Counted from the stretch's first letter, positions 40,284-53,984 are shown. The stretch is 64,000 bases of DNA from Octopus bimaculoides (GCF_001194135.2 NC_068997.1:38763651-38827650); one strand, 5' to 3'. The notes: a model not told the origin generated them from the sequence alone. A program made the numbers and translations.

Positions 40284-40349
40284 GAAAAACTTACTTATTA
40301 TAAATATATATATATATATGTATATATATTTATAATAAGTAAGTTTTTC
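40284..40349. repeat. AT-rich palindrome
   Basis: GAAAAACTTACTTATTATAAATATATA and its exact reverse complement flank a short (TA)n core. Confidence 0.95.
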
Positions 40350-41391
40350 TTTGACTGTTTGTGTTAACTCTGAGTCTCAAGCTGTTATGACTGATACTAA
40401 CCATTGTAATTTACATTTAATCTATAGAATTCTATCAGAAATCAGAAATAGCCATTGTTTTTGTTTTTTGAGCCACTTAATATAAAAGGTGACTCTGAAC
40501 ATGTTTATATAATGCATCATTAGGAAAATAGAATTCGGTACTACACAGTTCTTCACTGAATTGGTCAAAGGATTGTTGAAAAAGAAATACTGGAATATTT
40601 AAAATGTAAATAGGTTTCAAATGAAATTATATTCTTCCTAGTGAATGTTCTGATACTTATGAATGTGTAAGAGAATAAAATCAATAAGAAGCATGCATGA
40701 ATCTTTGAGATGTTTTGATGTGACTATGTGTTTTAGTGTTTTCAACCTTCAAACAAGTAGCTTCCTCTACTTCTAGGGAACCGGTAATGTAATTTTCTTT
40801 GTTTTATTATAATTCTCCCACATTGTGTTTAATTTTATTGAAGGAAATTCAAGGAAACGCTATATAGTTTGCAGCAAATGAAAGTATTAGCTGAAAACTT
40901 AAGTTTAATTCATCAAAAATCAGAAGGAGTTAAATGCAATCTCTTAATAAGAGGCAAAATATAGTCCTTTGTGAAGTACTGTAGTTACTGATTAGACTGG
41001 ATGATGTTAATATGTGGTAGCTACAAGCAGAAATATATTCCATATGAAATACATATGACTTCTTTAATTTTCCAATTTTAACAAATAGCTCATGTGTTTT
41101 CAATTAAATAAGCCAAAACAAATAGCAAGTTTAAATTTGAACTCTTGGAATTTTGTCTGTTATTCTACATTTGCATGTTGAAAATTTTTTGCCATAAATA
41201 TATTAGAAATCAATTTTTCCTTTTTTTAAAAATATTTTATTATGTTTTATTTGTAAAGTTATATCACATTTGCCATATTTGCTTACTTGGCAGTCCACAT
41301 TGGAATTATATTTTCCCATTTCTTTAAAGAATGTAGCTCTTGCTCTTGTTAGAAGCAGTTGTTATTGTTGTTGTTGGTATTATCATTATCA

Positions 41392-41443
<52 letters not shown>

Positions 41444-42559
41444 ATATATAAATAAATATATTATTTTTATTTGTTAATAAATGAAAAAGAATTTCACAAA
41501 ATACATCATCAAGGAAAAAAGTGGATATTTTTATTCAAAACATTTTAATATTTTTTTGTTTCAGTATATATTGGAAAATATATAATATTATTATTAAGCT
41601 TGCATTATTATTAAGGAAATTTGAATCTACTGTTCATTGTGATTTATTTTTTAGTTTACAGTTCTAAAAAAGTTTTAAATTTTAATTCCTATTTTTAGCA
41701 TTATAAAAGAAACTTAATGCTAATCAATTTTCATGTATAAAGTAAATAAAATTGCTTACAATCCCTTGAAGACAAAAGTCAATTTTAATATGTTCTTCAA
41801 TAAATAAATACATTTTGAAAGAAATTTTTGTAAATCAAATTAATTGTATTCAAATTATATTATATGCTAAAATATTTTTTCCTATTGTTTAGTTTACATT
41901 TTAAAGTGTAAAGCTTCTACTATTTTTAAGTTGTTGGAATTTTCTACTTTTATTTGGTTAGTTTTTACTAAATTTTTTATAATGATCTGTTTTGTCATAA
42001 GGGAAATTTATTTTCTGGAACTTGTGTGAAAAATTCTTTAAATGCAATGTTTTGCAAGGAATTGTTATTTTGTTTCAAATCACATGACAACTTGCCTGTG
42101 TATCAATGAAGTCAAATCTCAGTTGCATATTATCCAGAATTGTTTCTGTTTTCCAAATATGTTCAACAATTGTAAGGTTCATTGTCTTTCACAAAATTGG
42201 CTAAGATTATCCTAATCCTTACATTACTAGTATTTGCTTGCTGCTCAGTATTATTTTGCTTTCCTTTCTGTTAACCTGAGTCTACTATGTCTTTTGCACT
42301 ACCAAACTTGTTGCTAGTGTCTGATGGCTCCCTACATCAACATTGGATGTGCTGAGCATGCAAAATCTTTAACATCACCATAAACAGAACTTGTACTCAA
42401 GCCAATGAAGTCGCCTCTTCATAGCTGTGTCACTTTCTAAAAAGAGCAGCTAATTTTCCTTTGCATCACACACCCTACCATTTAAAAAAAACCCCAAAAA
42501 ACAAAAAACAAATGAGAGAAGCATAGTGTGTCTGGAAAAAGTATGGGATGGTCTTAGTT

Positions 42560-44780
42560 GTAATGCATTTGAATGTGGCAGGAGGAAAATGGCTGGCCTG
42601 AATGATTGAATTTAAGGAGTTGTAAAGATTTTTGATGTAAAAAGTGTTAGGGGTACCAAAAGGTAATTTTGTATTTTCATGCAAATAGTCTGATGTCATA
42701 CCACAAATAGTTTATAAGCCAATAAAAGTGTCCTTGCAATGAACCAATCAGCATAGAGCTAATGTTAATGTGGACATGTGTGTGTAGCTCTATGTATATG
42801 CTGTGCGTGTATATGCTCTATCTCAGTCATGGGCAACTTGTGACCCACAGGACCTTCTAAATGGCATGCTTAATGAAAAAGTACTTTTAATTTCTTTTTA
42901 GTTGTGTAGTCTGCTTAATGATGAGCCATGTGTCATGTGGCTTGTTCTGGATAAAGGTTGCCCATGCCTGCTCTATCTGATAGTGTTCAGCCTCTGGCTG
43001 TTCTGATTTCCAAAGAGTGGCAGCACTGATATAATCTGCAGCATCAGCCTCAACCACCCTTGATATAGCAGGATCAATAGTTTTCATAGCAGAATTGACA
43101 ATCTCTTGCTTTACACACTCAAAAGCTTTCAATACTGAAGAGGGGTTGGGAAAATGTTTAGCAGTAACTAAAATATGAAGTTTCTCTAGAAAATTTCAGA
43201 ATATAAATAGTAATAGGCAAACATGCCCAATGCACACTGCAAAGAAGTTATGCCTTTGAGGAAGATCGAGTTGTAAAAATATGCATATTCTAAATCTGGT
43301 CTAATCTATAATTGATCACAGTCAGTCAAGTAGATTAATATATTTAGCAGAAAATGTACACTTTCCTTTGTTTAACCCTTTATCATTTAAACTGGCCATA
43401 TCAGCCCAAGTATGGCAAACTGGCCAAACTCAGCCTCTCACACATGCCCTACAATGTCATTCTAAAAATAAACAATCATATCAAAATCTTGAAGCTATAA
43501 GAATCTGCATGATTAATTCAAAACAATGTGAATCAGCAAGTAGTACATTTGACAGAGTAATCTGAATACTAAAGAATTAAAGTAAGGTTGTACTTGTTCA
43601 CTGCATCTAAGAACTTCTTCAAGCTGTCATCATGGACACTCTGGTATATCCACAAAGAGTTACATTGTTAGTATATGCAAACGTGGCTGTGTTCCTTGGT
43701 TTTGTTTTTTTCAGTTATGTCAATAGTTATATACTGAAAGTTAGCAACATCATTAGAAACTCGAAAAAGAAATTTGTCTAAATTTGTATTAACCTTGAAT
43801 GCAGTGTAAAATTTATCTTGTATCTCTACTTAATGGTAAGTACTTCTAATATACTGAAGCTATTATATTAAGTCCCTTTCTCAACCGTCTCCACAATGTT
43901 TGACAGAGGGTAGGTCTCTAGTAACATATAGTGATTTATTGTCTGTGAATAATTGATGACTATGTTTCTTATGATTATCTTCAGATTGAACCAACATCTG
44001 AACCATTCAAGGTGACTCACTTTGTTCAGTAGCAGTCTCCTATTGCAAATGCATTACTTTAGAATTCATAAATACCTGGTTATTAAGAAAATGCAATCGA
44101 GATTTTGCAGTCTTGGCTTTGCAACCGGTTAGTAAACAAAGAAGGCCATGGGACAGCAGCGGCAGTGAGACCGCTGACAGTCAGAGTCGGTTTGGTCTCA
44201 CCAAGTTGAATTTCAATAGAAGAATAGTGTTAGATTTTTAAGAATTCTCCACTGGTTTGACACACTCCAATAACCTTTCAAGTAAGAGAGGTAGCTGCAA
44301 TTGAGGCATAGCTGTTTGTTGGATTTACCTGCCTCCTATATATCTGTTTACTCGTTCCTTGTTGAAGAAGCTTTTTGTGATTCTCCAGTCTACCAATGCC
44401 TTGGCTTTCTATTCATTTATTTTAATGCCTGTAACAGTACATAACAAAGAGGTGAACCTGCAGAAAGTGCAGCTATTGTGGATAGTGTTGAAGATGTAGA
44501 TTGAGGAGACTGACACACCTTGGTATAATGTCCTTTCTTACTACATTTGTTACATAGCACATTCTTGGCATGACAGTTTGATTCAGAGGAGTGTACAAAT
44601 ATTATATTCCTGACCTTTTGGGGGAATCAACCACAGTTGTACAAAAAATGTGGAGTGCTTTTCAATCATTTCTAGAGTATTAGCCTGCTCATAGGCAGTC
44701 TAAAAATCTCTAGTTTTGTTTTCAATTAAATGTTGCATTATCTCGGAGGAAGAAAGGCTGTTAATAAAAGTACTCCTTAT
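42560..44780 (-). mobile_element. Decayed Ty3/gypsy LTR retrotransposon internal region (gag-PR-RT-RH)
   Basis: Minus strand in order: IMQHLIENKT..TAYEQANTLE; CHAKNVLCNKCSKKGHYTKVC (CCHC); KALVD; SPW...VINYSQTIN...YPLSNI; KAFECVKQEIVNSAMKTID..VVEADAADYISAATL. No LTRs identified. Confidence 0.8.
43376..43576 (+). mobile_element. piggyBac-type MITE, copy 2 (inside the gypsy remnant)
   Basis: TTAA|CCCTTTATCATTTAAACTGGCCATATC...CTAAAGAA|TTAA; homologous to 7425-7645. Confidence 0.88.
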
Positions 44781-45565
44781 ACAATCACCACTGTATTGCC
44801 CAGTAGCCATTAATAAAGATGCCCCTTATACAATCACCACTGTATCACCCAGTACTGGCTAAGAACCTGGCTACAATCATTGACTAAGAATTTTAATATT
44901 TGTAAACACTGGTCTTGTGATTTATCAACCTCTTGTCTATGGGTCGTAAAAACATGCTGAGCATATGCTTAACCTTTTAGTTTGACATATATGGCTTGCA
45001 GAAAATTAATAGCAGCATCATACATAGTCACATCTGTAATATACTCATACACCCTTGGTGATATGTCATTGATCAAAAGATTGTCTTTCAATTGTTAGAA
45101 TTGCAATGAAGTTTTGAAAACTTTTCTGCTAGCAGAATCAAATGAACATATATTAAGGCTAGTTAAACTCGTCTCAGGTTTTATCATTGTTAAACGAAGC
45201 ATACCTTGTGTTTGCTACCAGCTGAAAGTGGCATGAAATTTATATTGCTGAAAACGAAGGGAGACCACTTATACAAAATTCTGTAACACTATTGATTTAT
45301 AACTGCCTATTGATTATTCTTATTCTGGGTCCTGCCATGTTACCAGTTTTATTTCATCATATTGACAGGAAAATTTGTTTTTATATGTACTTGGCTTTTA
45401 AAAGAATTTTTACATGTTACTGATGTCATTGTTTCTGTTGCTGAGGTGACAATTATACTTTTTCATTCTCCAAGAGAAGAACTCTGTTTAAGATATGAGA
45501 TGTATCTCTTTCTCAAACAACAGGCACTCGTGTCCTGCTATAGAAGGGATACATGGCTGCTCCAC

Positions 45566-45601
<36 letters not shown>

Positions 45602-45743
45602 TGGGTAAGAGTAACTGTAAAGAAGACATTAATGGTGCTAATGAGGTGTCAGCATATTCTCAAGATATAAGGTTGACAAATAATCAGGAAGGATTGGTGA
45701 GTAAGTTCATTTGAGCGTGAGAAGAGAGTAACAGATGATGTAA

Positions 45744-45963
45744 GCCTTTAACATTCTAACCGGCTATATCAGGCCCAAATACTCTACTAGTAATAATTTC
45801 AAACTGGCTAGATCAGGCCTCTCACACCTACTCTGCAATGTCATTCTGAAAATAAGCAAGCACATCATCAAAGTCTTGAAGCTACAAGATAATGAATGAT
45901 TTATTCAAAACAATGTGAATAGATAAAAGTTACATTTAACAGAGAAATCTGAATGCTAAAGGG
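45744..45963 (+). mobile_element. piggyBac-type MITE, copy 3 (degenerate ends)
   Basis: GCCTCTCACACCTACTCTGCAATGTCATTCTGAAAATAA..AATCTGAATGCTAAAGGG. Confidence 0.8.
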
Positions 45964-46300
45964 CGTGGTTGTTGGTAAATATTAATATGAGGGTAAGGGA
46001 AACTAATAGAGGAGTGGCTGGGGGAGGGGGAGGTGATAAGTGGCAGCAGAGAAATGGAGGAAAGCAGCAGTATAATAAACCCGTAGCTAGATCAGAAAAT
46101 ATAGAAATGATGTGTTGGTTGGGAGAGTGGGGGTGTGAGATATACAGTGAAAAAGATTGATGTCAGTGGTATATAGGGGAGGCTGTAGTGAGTAGGGGAC
46201 AAAGATAGGGTGATAGGCCATCATGGCAGAAATGAAGGGGTGGTGAGAATGATAAGAGTGTTAAAGGTAGGTAATGGATGTCCTAAGATGTATCTCAGGA

Positions 46301-46825
46301 AGTGTGGGAAGTGTGCCACTGACGGAGCAGCTTGAGGCCCCTTGCTGTGAGGAGGAGGAGTTTGTCCTCCTTTATCACGAGGGAGGGCCTGTAAGAGAAT
46401 TCCTGGATGATCAGTGTGACTGAAAAATGATGTACTCGGAATGCACAGGCAATCCAATATGGCCTCCACAGGTGATTGCGGAGGTGGTACAGCATACAGT
46501 GTTGTCAAGGGTCATGGAGACCCGTGACAAGAAAGAGTTTGCGTTCCTTTTTGCGGGCCCTGACTTGTCACTGCAGAGTTGTCTGCAGGCGGCAAGTCAA
46601 CTTGCTTGGGGGCCCCGATGATTGAATTTTTGTTATGCACTTTAATTGTTGTAATTGAACTGTTTGAACAATGATTTCGAAGGGTTTTCGGTCGGCGGGT
46701 GCCGAATACCCCTCTCGTTTATATCATCCATATCTTATCATCCTTCATTTCATTAATGTATGTGTCCAGCCCGCTTTGCTTCCTGCACCTCTGTATACAG
46801 CCCTAGTGGCTAATTAAATGAAATA
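46301..46825 (+). mobile_element. 525-bp GC-richer insertion with a 16-bp target-site duplication (probable 5'-truncated non-LTR element)
   Basis: AAGATGTATCTCAGGA at 46285-46300 and 46826-46841; A-rich 3' end (GCCCTAGTGGCTAATTAAATGAAATA); hairpin at 46681-46713. Confidence 0.7.
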
Positions 46826-47725
46826 AAGATGTATCTCAGGAGAAAGAGAGAGAGAGAGAGAGAGGTGCAGAAAGGGGTAATCAGTGGAAAAATAAAGTGG
46901 GAAAAGATGATATAAAAGGATGGATTTTAAAAAGCAATGGTTCCAGAAAGTGAGGAAAGTAACTGGTGGTACAAAAGTGGAAGGAAATTTATATATATTT
47001 TACTCACATGAGTTTTGACCTCAACTCTATACCTTAATGCGACATTTCCAAATCTGTCAAGGTATCACACAAAGAAAATCACTTAGGCTAAGACCATCAG
47101 ATTCATTTGTAATGTGAGGCTTCTTTTAATTAATGGTGAATATTTTAATGAAGTAATTTCCATTGTTTATTGGTATGTTTATCATTTCACAAATTCTTTT
47201 CCATTTAAAAGATTTAGCTTATTTATGTTATTGTGATTTAGTAGAAAGTTAATGAATTCAACATGTATTGATAAGAAAGAATGATAAAACCAGTATTGAA
47301 GCAGCACAGTGATTCCAGTAGTGGCTGCATTTGGGTTATGTTTCATTGGTAATAACAACAAATAAGTTTCGTAATATCCCAGATTTTTCCAAAGAAATTT
47401 TCAGCTCTGAGTTAAAGGAAAAAAATAAAATAGTCAAAATGAAAAATTGTTTCCTATTAGAGATGGTGCCACCTGAATCATAATTCAAAACTATTTCAAC
47501 TTATTTGATGATTAGTTCTTTAACTATAACCTTTTTTCTTTTACTTTTTTTACTTTCAGATTTTGCTCTTCTAAATTTACTGATATACAGGGTGGGCTAA
47601 AAGTCACACAAAAATAAGTTCAGTAAGCTCTGGAATTGTCAAAGACATGCTTCAATTTTTCTAAAATTGAATAAAATAAATAAAATAATGATGAATATAT
47701 GTGCCCTTACATGATGAACAAAATA

Positions 47726-47773
<48 letters not shown>

Positions 47774-47897
47774 TTCTTTTGCTTGCCACCAGGGTGAAGG
47801 ATGAGGGAGACAAGACAAAGACAAACACCAAGTGTGGGGGTTTACATATAATGAAATATGAGAAAAAAAACATACATATAAATGTATAGAAAGTATA

Positions 47898-48732
47898 CAT
47901 GGTGGTATCAGAAAGTTCCCTGACTAGTTCTGTAGCATGCCAACAGATGGCAGCACATGGTTTTGTGCACAGTGAGAATTTGCAGTGACTTTCATGAGGC
48001 AGTGTGCCGTTGTGAAATTTGTGTTTTTGTGATCACGTGTATACTGTAGTCTGCAATTTTGTCATGGATTGGAACAAAGAGCTAACATGAAATTTGGGAA
48101 GTCTGCTACAGAGACATTAAGCATGCTTAGGTAAGCAATGGGTCGTGTGCAGTGTTTCAGGTGGCATGAGTGCTTCGAAAGCAGAACATCTCTGGAAGAC
48201 AATGAATGATCTGGTTGACCTGCCACCAGCGTTACCCATGGAAATGTGGTATTGTGCATTGAGAATTTGTTTCCCAAGGCCAGACTGTCAGTCAAGAGTT
48301 CTACTGTGACATTTTTAAGTGTTTGAGGAAGGACATTTGGCAAAAGTGAATGGATCTGTGGATTCTTCATGACAACATTGCATGTCATGAAGCTCTTTTC
48401 ACTTGTGAGTTTCTTGCCAAAAACAATCTGGTATCGCTTCCGCACCTACCCTATTTGCTAGATTTAGCACTTGCAGACTGCCATCTCTTTTCCCCAAGAT
48501 GAAAAGGCAACTGAAAGGTCACCATTGTTGAGATCCAGAATGAATTGCAAAAGGGTCATCAACTTGCTTACAGAAAACGTCTTCCAGGCCAGATTCCAAA
48601 AGTGGCAGGAACATTGGGACTGGTGTATTGCTGTGCAAGGTGATTGATTTGAAGGAGATGATGCTAAAACTTGGTAAATAAGTTATTTTTTATTAAACAT
48701 AACTGGTCCAGGAACTCTTTGATGCCATTTTG
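47898..48732 (+). mobile_element. Internally deleted mariner transposon
   Basis: TA-flanked imperfect TIRs CATGGTGGTATCAGAAAGTTCCCTGACTAGTT / AACTGGTCCAGGAACTCTTTGATGCCATTTTG. Peptide remnants EQRANMKF..KSATETLSML, CFRWH..SLEDNE, LHDN and LPHLPYLLDLALAD. Confidence 0.88.
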
Positions 48733-48974
48733 TACACAGTACAATAAGACAGAAAAGGGAAGCATACATAGTATACGATAGTAAAAATAAAATAAAATAA
48801 AAGGTGGGAATGATAATGATATTGTCCTCCTGACACAGGAGGACGTCTAGGGATAATCAAGGAACCTTACTATCCAAGATCTCCCTGAACACCAAGGGCA
48901 AATGGCTTCTCCAATTCTTCTTCTCCAGCTCACTGGTCTATACTTAGAGCAGTATCATTCCACTCTTGCCATTT

Positions 48975-49195
48975 TAACAGTTTTCAAAATTTTGGCTCCC
49001 GGTCAGCAAGTTTGGGGAAGAGGTAAGTTGATTACATCAACCCCAGTACTAAGCTGGTACTTATTTTATTGACCCTTTAAAGGTTGAAAGGCAAAGTCGA
49101 CCTTGGCGGATTTGGAACTTAGAGCATAATGATGGATGAAATGCTGCTAAGTGTTTTGCTCCAGTGCTAACAATTCTATCAGCTTGCTGCCTAAT
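48975..49195 (-). mobile_element. Second SINE family, copy 2
   Basis: GCTGGTACTTATTTTATTGACCC..GAAAGGCAAAGTCGACCTTGGCGGA. Confidence 0.75.
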
Positions 49196-50029
49196 AATAA
49201 TGTAACATAAATAAAATGTCAACTGTTTTGGTGTGTAACTTTTGACCCATCCTGTATGTAGCCTGATTGTTTTTCAAAATTACATGCTGTCTGTTCTGTT
49301 CTACTTCTGTCTTTCTCAGTAGACTCAAAACTAAAAGTTACAGGAATGTTTTATCACTTTGGTTTAACTTCTTTTCTTTTGTGAGATTTGTTCATTGATT
49401 TAGCTTTGTGTGTAAGAATATATCTTGTTTTAACTGTAAATATGATTTAACTCATTTTGTTTTTACTTTCTGAAACATTCTCAGCATTTAAAGACTATGT
49501 TGTAGAACTTGTACATGAAGAACTTTATCACAAATATTAGGATTTGGTTATGTCATAGCATGTTTCATTTCTACACTCAGTTGATTTATCATAACAATAT
49601 ATAAACACATTGTTATGTATGTGTATGCTCACACACATGAATGGTTTTATATAATTTGTATATTTGTATTTTATTCACATACAGGCGAGTGTAGATTTAT
49701 GTATACTAAATGAAATTCTAATTAAATTCTCATTATACATAATTCAGAAATTGTTATATGATCATGGGAGAAATTTGATTAATCTTGTTATTCAAAAACC
49801 TTGCAATATTAAAATTCTGTTGTGAACAGATTTTTTCTTAATTATTTGGATATTTGTTTGAATTAGAGTTTTAGTTATCCACAATGCTGATGTCATCTGG
49901 ATTGTGTGAGCATAGCAGATTAAACGCCAGGTGAACTGTGTTTGCAATTCACCTTCAGTTTCAGATTGGTCATAACGCTACCTAATCTACATTTCATTTC
50001 TGTCATGTTAGCTTTTATTAAGAACTGAA

Positions 50030-50233
50030 CCCTTTAGTATTCAGATTTGTTTGTCAAATGTAATGCTTATTTATTCACCTTGTTTTGAATTAATCATGCT
50101 TTACCTTGTGGCTTTGAGATTTCAATGATGTGACTGTTTATTTGTAGAATGAGCTTGTAGGGTAGATGTCAGAGTTTGAACATAAAATGAGTAGAATATT
50201 TTGACCAGATATGGCTTGTTTAAATGCTAAAGG
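50030..50233 (-). mobile_element. piggyBac-type MITE, copy 4
   Basis: TGAA|CCCTTTAGTATTCAGAT...GTTTAAATGCTAAGGG|TTAA; reverse complement of the family consensus. Confidence 0.85.
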
Positions 50234-50829
50234 GTTAAAGAAGGACATTTCTAGACAGATAAGCTTTTGACACAATGCGTAAAGATAGACATTAGTAATA
50301 CTTTAATAACAATGTTTTATGAGGCATTTTCATCATCACTTCCATTTTTGAGGTCTTTGTCTCAGTGCAGTACATATTGAACAGAAACTGTTTCGAAGAG
50401 GATATATAAGCTACTGCATCAAACAGTTTCATTTTGTTTATGTTTTTTATGCTTTTGTACATACTTGTTTCATATGAATCATTTAGGCATTCATCTTCCA
50501 TAATTATCAAGCCAAACTTTAATAAATATTAAAAAAATATTTCAAGTAGTCGTTTATTGAACCTGTTCAGTATCACTGTGCCTATGATTTGTGAGGGCTG
50601 TCAACAAATGAAAGTGATTATGAGTTGAATAAAAAGGAAAATGTCCCATAAATCTACTCGACAGACAGCAAAGTTTGCACATGTAGCTTTTGGTATAAGT
50701 TTATCATTTTCATCCTTCAGCTAGAGCACTCCCACTAGGCCATAAGATCCCTGGGGATCTTTATAAGATTTTTAGGGGTCCACGTGAGCAAACTAGTAAA
50801 TTGGGTCCTCACAGTACTATTTTAAGGGT

Positions 50830-51200
50830 CTTTTATTCTTTTAATCTTTTATTTGTTTCAGTCATTAGACTGCGGCCATGCTAGAGCACTACCTTTAGTC
50901 GAGCAATTCGACCCCAGGACTTATTCTTTGTAAGCCTAGTACTTTTTCTATCAGTCTCTCTTTTGCCGAACTGCTAAGTTACAAGCACGTAAACACACCA
51001 ACATCAGTTGTCAAGCTATGGTGGAGTGACAAACAGATGCACAAACATACACACATACCATCTACCAAATCCACTCACAAGGCTTTGGTTGGCCCAAGGC
51101 TATAGTAGAAGACACTTGCCCAAGATGCCACGCAGTGAGACTGAACCCAGAACCATGTGGTTGGTAAGCAAGCTACTTACCACACAGCCACTCTTGCGCC
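50830..51200 (-). mobile_element. tRNA/CORE-like SINE with an internal deletion
   Basis: Matches the reverse complement of the reference SINE but lacks most of the central microsatellite segment. Confidence 0.9.
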
Positions 51201-52283
51201 TATAAGAAATTTTGCTTTAGATGTATTTATTGCAAGAAACAGCTAGATATCTTTCTCTAACATTTTACATAGTTCAACCTACACAAGTTAATGTGTGAAA
51301 CACAAAATAGAATTTTGAAAGAAACATCTATACAACTAGTTTTTAAACATCAAATGGCTATGGAAATCCACCAGAATAAAATAGTAATGAACGGGGTCAA
51401 TAGGTTAAAAAGAGTTGAGAACCACTGTACTAAACAATCAAATGCCTTATAGTCTCATTTGTAAATTAATTAGATTAACTGCATTAGTATTTCATTATAT
51501 CCTAGTTTTCACCATGAAATTGAACTGCTGTTTGATTTGGCACATAAGTGTTAAATTTGAGTTTAGCACCTATATTTGGCTGCGTTTCTGTTTGCATACT
51601 TTCATTGTAAATGAAATTCTACTTCACTTTATACATTAATGATTAGTCAAGGAAAATGAAACATGCAAACTGTGTCTTGCTCTTGTTTTGAATTAGAAGA
51701 AAATATTATGATAAAACTATTATCCCCCTGACTGGCAGTTCTCTAAACATCTTTACTCAGTCTGTAGGTGGTTTCTAGCCATCCTTCTTAGATTTTTTCC
51801 CAGTACCTCATTAGGTCTGACAATTTACTGGTTGTATTGTTTGTATTTTTCAAATAGTTTTCTGTTTATTTATTTATTTATTCTTCTAGTCATTTATTTA
51901 TTTGTTTATTTATTTTCCCCTCCCTATATGTTGTTGTCACTGAAAAACTTCTGCATTGAGCAATCACATGATTTATAAATATTTATTACCATTTGACTTC
52001 CACGTTCTCAAAAGTCATTAATTATTCACAACTTAAGATAGTTGTCTACTACATATTCAACAATAACTCTGATTACACATTATTCTTGGTAATCTGGTGT
52101 GTGTGTGTGTGCGGGAAATAGAAAATATATTTATAGATATGTATAATATATATAAGTATATATATGATGTATATGTAAATATATACATATATGTGTGTGC
52201 ATGTGTATACGTATAATTATATATACACACATGTACATAATTTATATAATATATACAAATGCATATAGTATATACAAATGCAC

Positions 52284-52320
<37 letters not shown>

Positions 52321-52413
52321 CATATATACATAATCTCTATATGTATATATACACACACACGCACATATCTATATGGATGTGTGTGTTTGAATGCATGCGC
52401 ACGTGCGCACACA

Positions 52414-52453
<40 letters not shown>

Positions 52454-53440
52454 AGTTAAGTAAAACAAAATCAGCACAAATGAATCCCATCAGATTTTAT
52501 AATGAACTTCTCTGTTAACTAATCTATCACTTTCATTTGATTCTGGTTGACTATACAGTTTTTGCTAATAACTCGGCTTGCTTCACTTCTTTTATATTGA
52601 AATTCTTAATTTTCATAATCATTTTAATTCATCTTTCAAACTTTTCTCTTTTTTTTTTATTATTTAATTAAAAAATGAAAATTACTATTTTTGTATCTTC
52701 AGTTTATTTAGTTATTTTTCAATTCTTATGTCACTTTATTTTTTCTTTTATTATCAGCATCAATATGTGTTTCTTTCTTTGTATGTGTGTTCACAAGAAA
52801 TCTGTGATTATATGCTATCCACTAAATATTAAAAGCAGTGGAATCAATTTAGTAAAGCTACCATTTAGTTACTTTGGTATGTGAATGCAAGAAGAAAGTG
52901 AATGATTTTTCATGATCAATTTTCTAAACAGCAGCACTTCTTTTCTAATGGCATCTCATCTATCATTGCAAGCTCTTAGTTTCTTCTCAGTGATAATAGT
53001 TTTGCAGAAAGCATCATTTCGTTATACTTTGTGCAGCAATAATTTGTCATTGACTGTTGGATTTTTCATATAAAAGTAATTACTGAGCCATGTAAATATT
53101 ATGTTCATGTTTTTTTTTTTTAATAGTATAAAGGTTAATTTTTTTCGAGTGGCTCTAATTTGTCAAAAATACTCATGTTATTGTGTTAGATGGAAATAGT
53201 TCTAACAAAGGATATGATGGCTGTTGAATTTTCAGTGTTTTGATATCTTATTCTTTAGTGTATCCTTTGGTCTCTGATTTTCATTATCTGCCGACCTCCT
53301 GCTCATAGTTTACAATATTTATTGTAAATACAAATGTTGATACTTGAATAAACCACTTGATTTTTTTGACTCATTATATTACACATGTTTTCTTGATGTA
53401 CTGCTTATATTCCTAATCAGCATTACAACGTTCTCGCTAT

Positions 53441-53666
53441 CTTTTATCTTTTACTTGTATCAGTCATTTACTGCGGCCATGTTGGGGCACCATCTTGAAG
53501 AACTTTTAGTCGAATGAATTAACACCAGTACTTCTATTTTGCTAAATCTGGAAACTTATTCTGTTAGTCTATTTTGCTAAACTGCTAAGTTACAGGATTG
53601 TAAACACAACAACACTGGATGTCAAACAGTGGCAGGCAACAAATACAAAGACAGACAGACAGACAG

Positions 53667-53698
<32 letters not shown>

Positions 53699-53868
53699 GC
53701 ACACACTGATGGGCTTTCAGTTTCCATCTACCAACTCCACTCACAAAGCTTTGGTCAGCTTGAAGCTGTAATACGAGAAGACACTTGCCGAAGGTGCCAC
53801 ACAGTGGGGCTGGACCCAGAACTCTGTGGTTGGAAAGCCAGCTTCTTACCACACAGCCATGCCTGCAC
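53441..53868 (-). mobile_element. tRNA/CORE-like SINE, near full length
   Basis: Reverse-complement match to 39825-40232. Confidence 0.88.
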
Positions 53869-53984
53869 TTATATTCATTACTCTTAATTGTGCCAACTGA
53901 GTTTAATATGTTTTACTGAGTTGGTCTAACCAGTTAACTAGATCTACTTCTATTTGAACTGTCTGCATTACCTCCAAATTTTGA

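Larger units (their letters stand above)
47588..49254. mobile_element. Tc1-like non-autonomous element hosting nested insertions
   Basis: TA|CAGGGTGGGCTAAAAGTCACAC at the left and GTGTAACTTTTGACCCATCCTG|TA at the right. Confidence 0.75.

Noticed and set aside
44761-44855. ~50-bp tandem duplication at the gypsy boundary as an LTR
   Set aside because: It is too short, lacks TG..CA ends and has no partner at the other end of the element.
47520-47590. Strong polypyrimidine/CAG acceptor as a hidden exon or recursive splice site
   Set aside because: It has no adjoining donor or open conserved frame and runs into a Tc1 TIR.
50700-51430. hAT/Charlie-like MITE (GTTGAGAACCACTG end near 51415)
   Set aside because: Only one convincing terminus and no 8-bp TSD were found.
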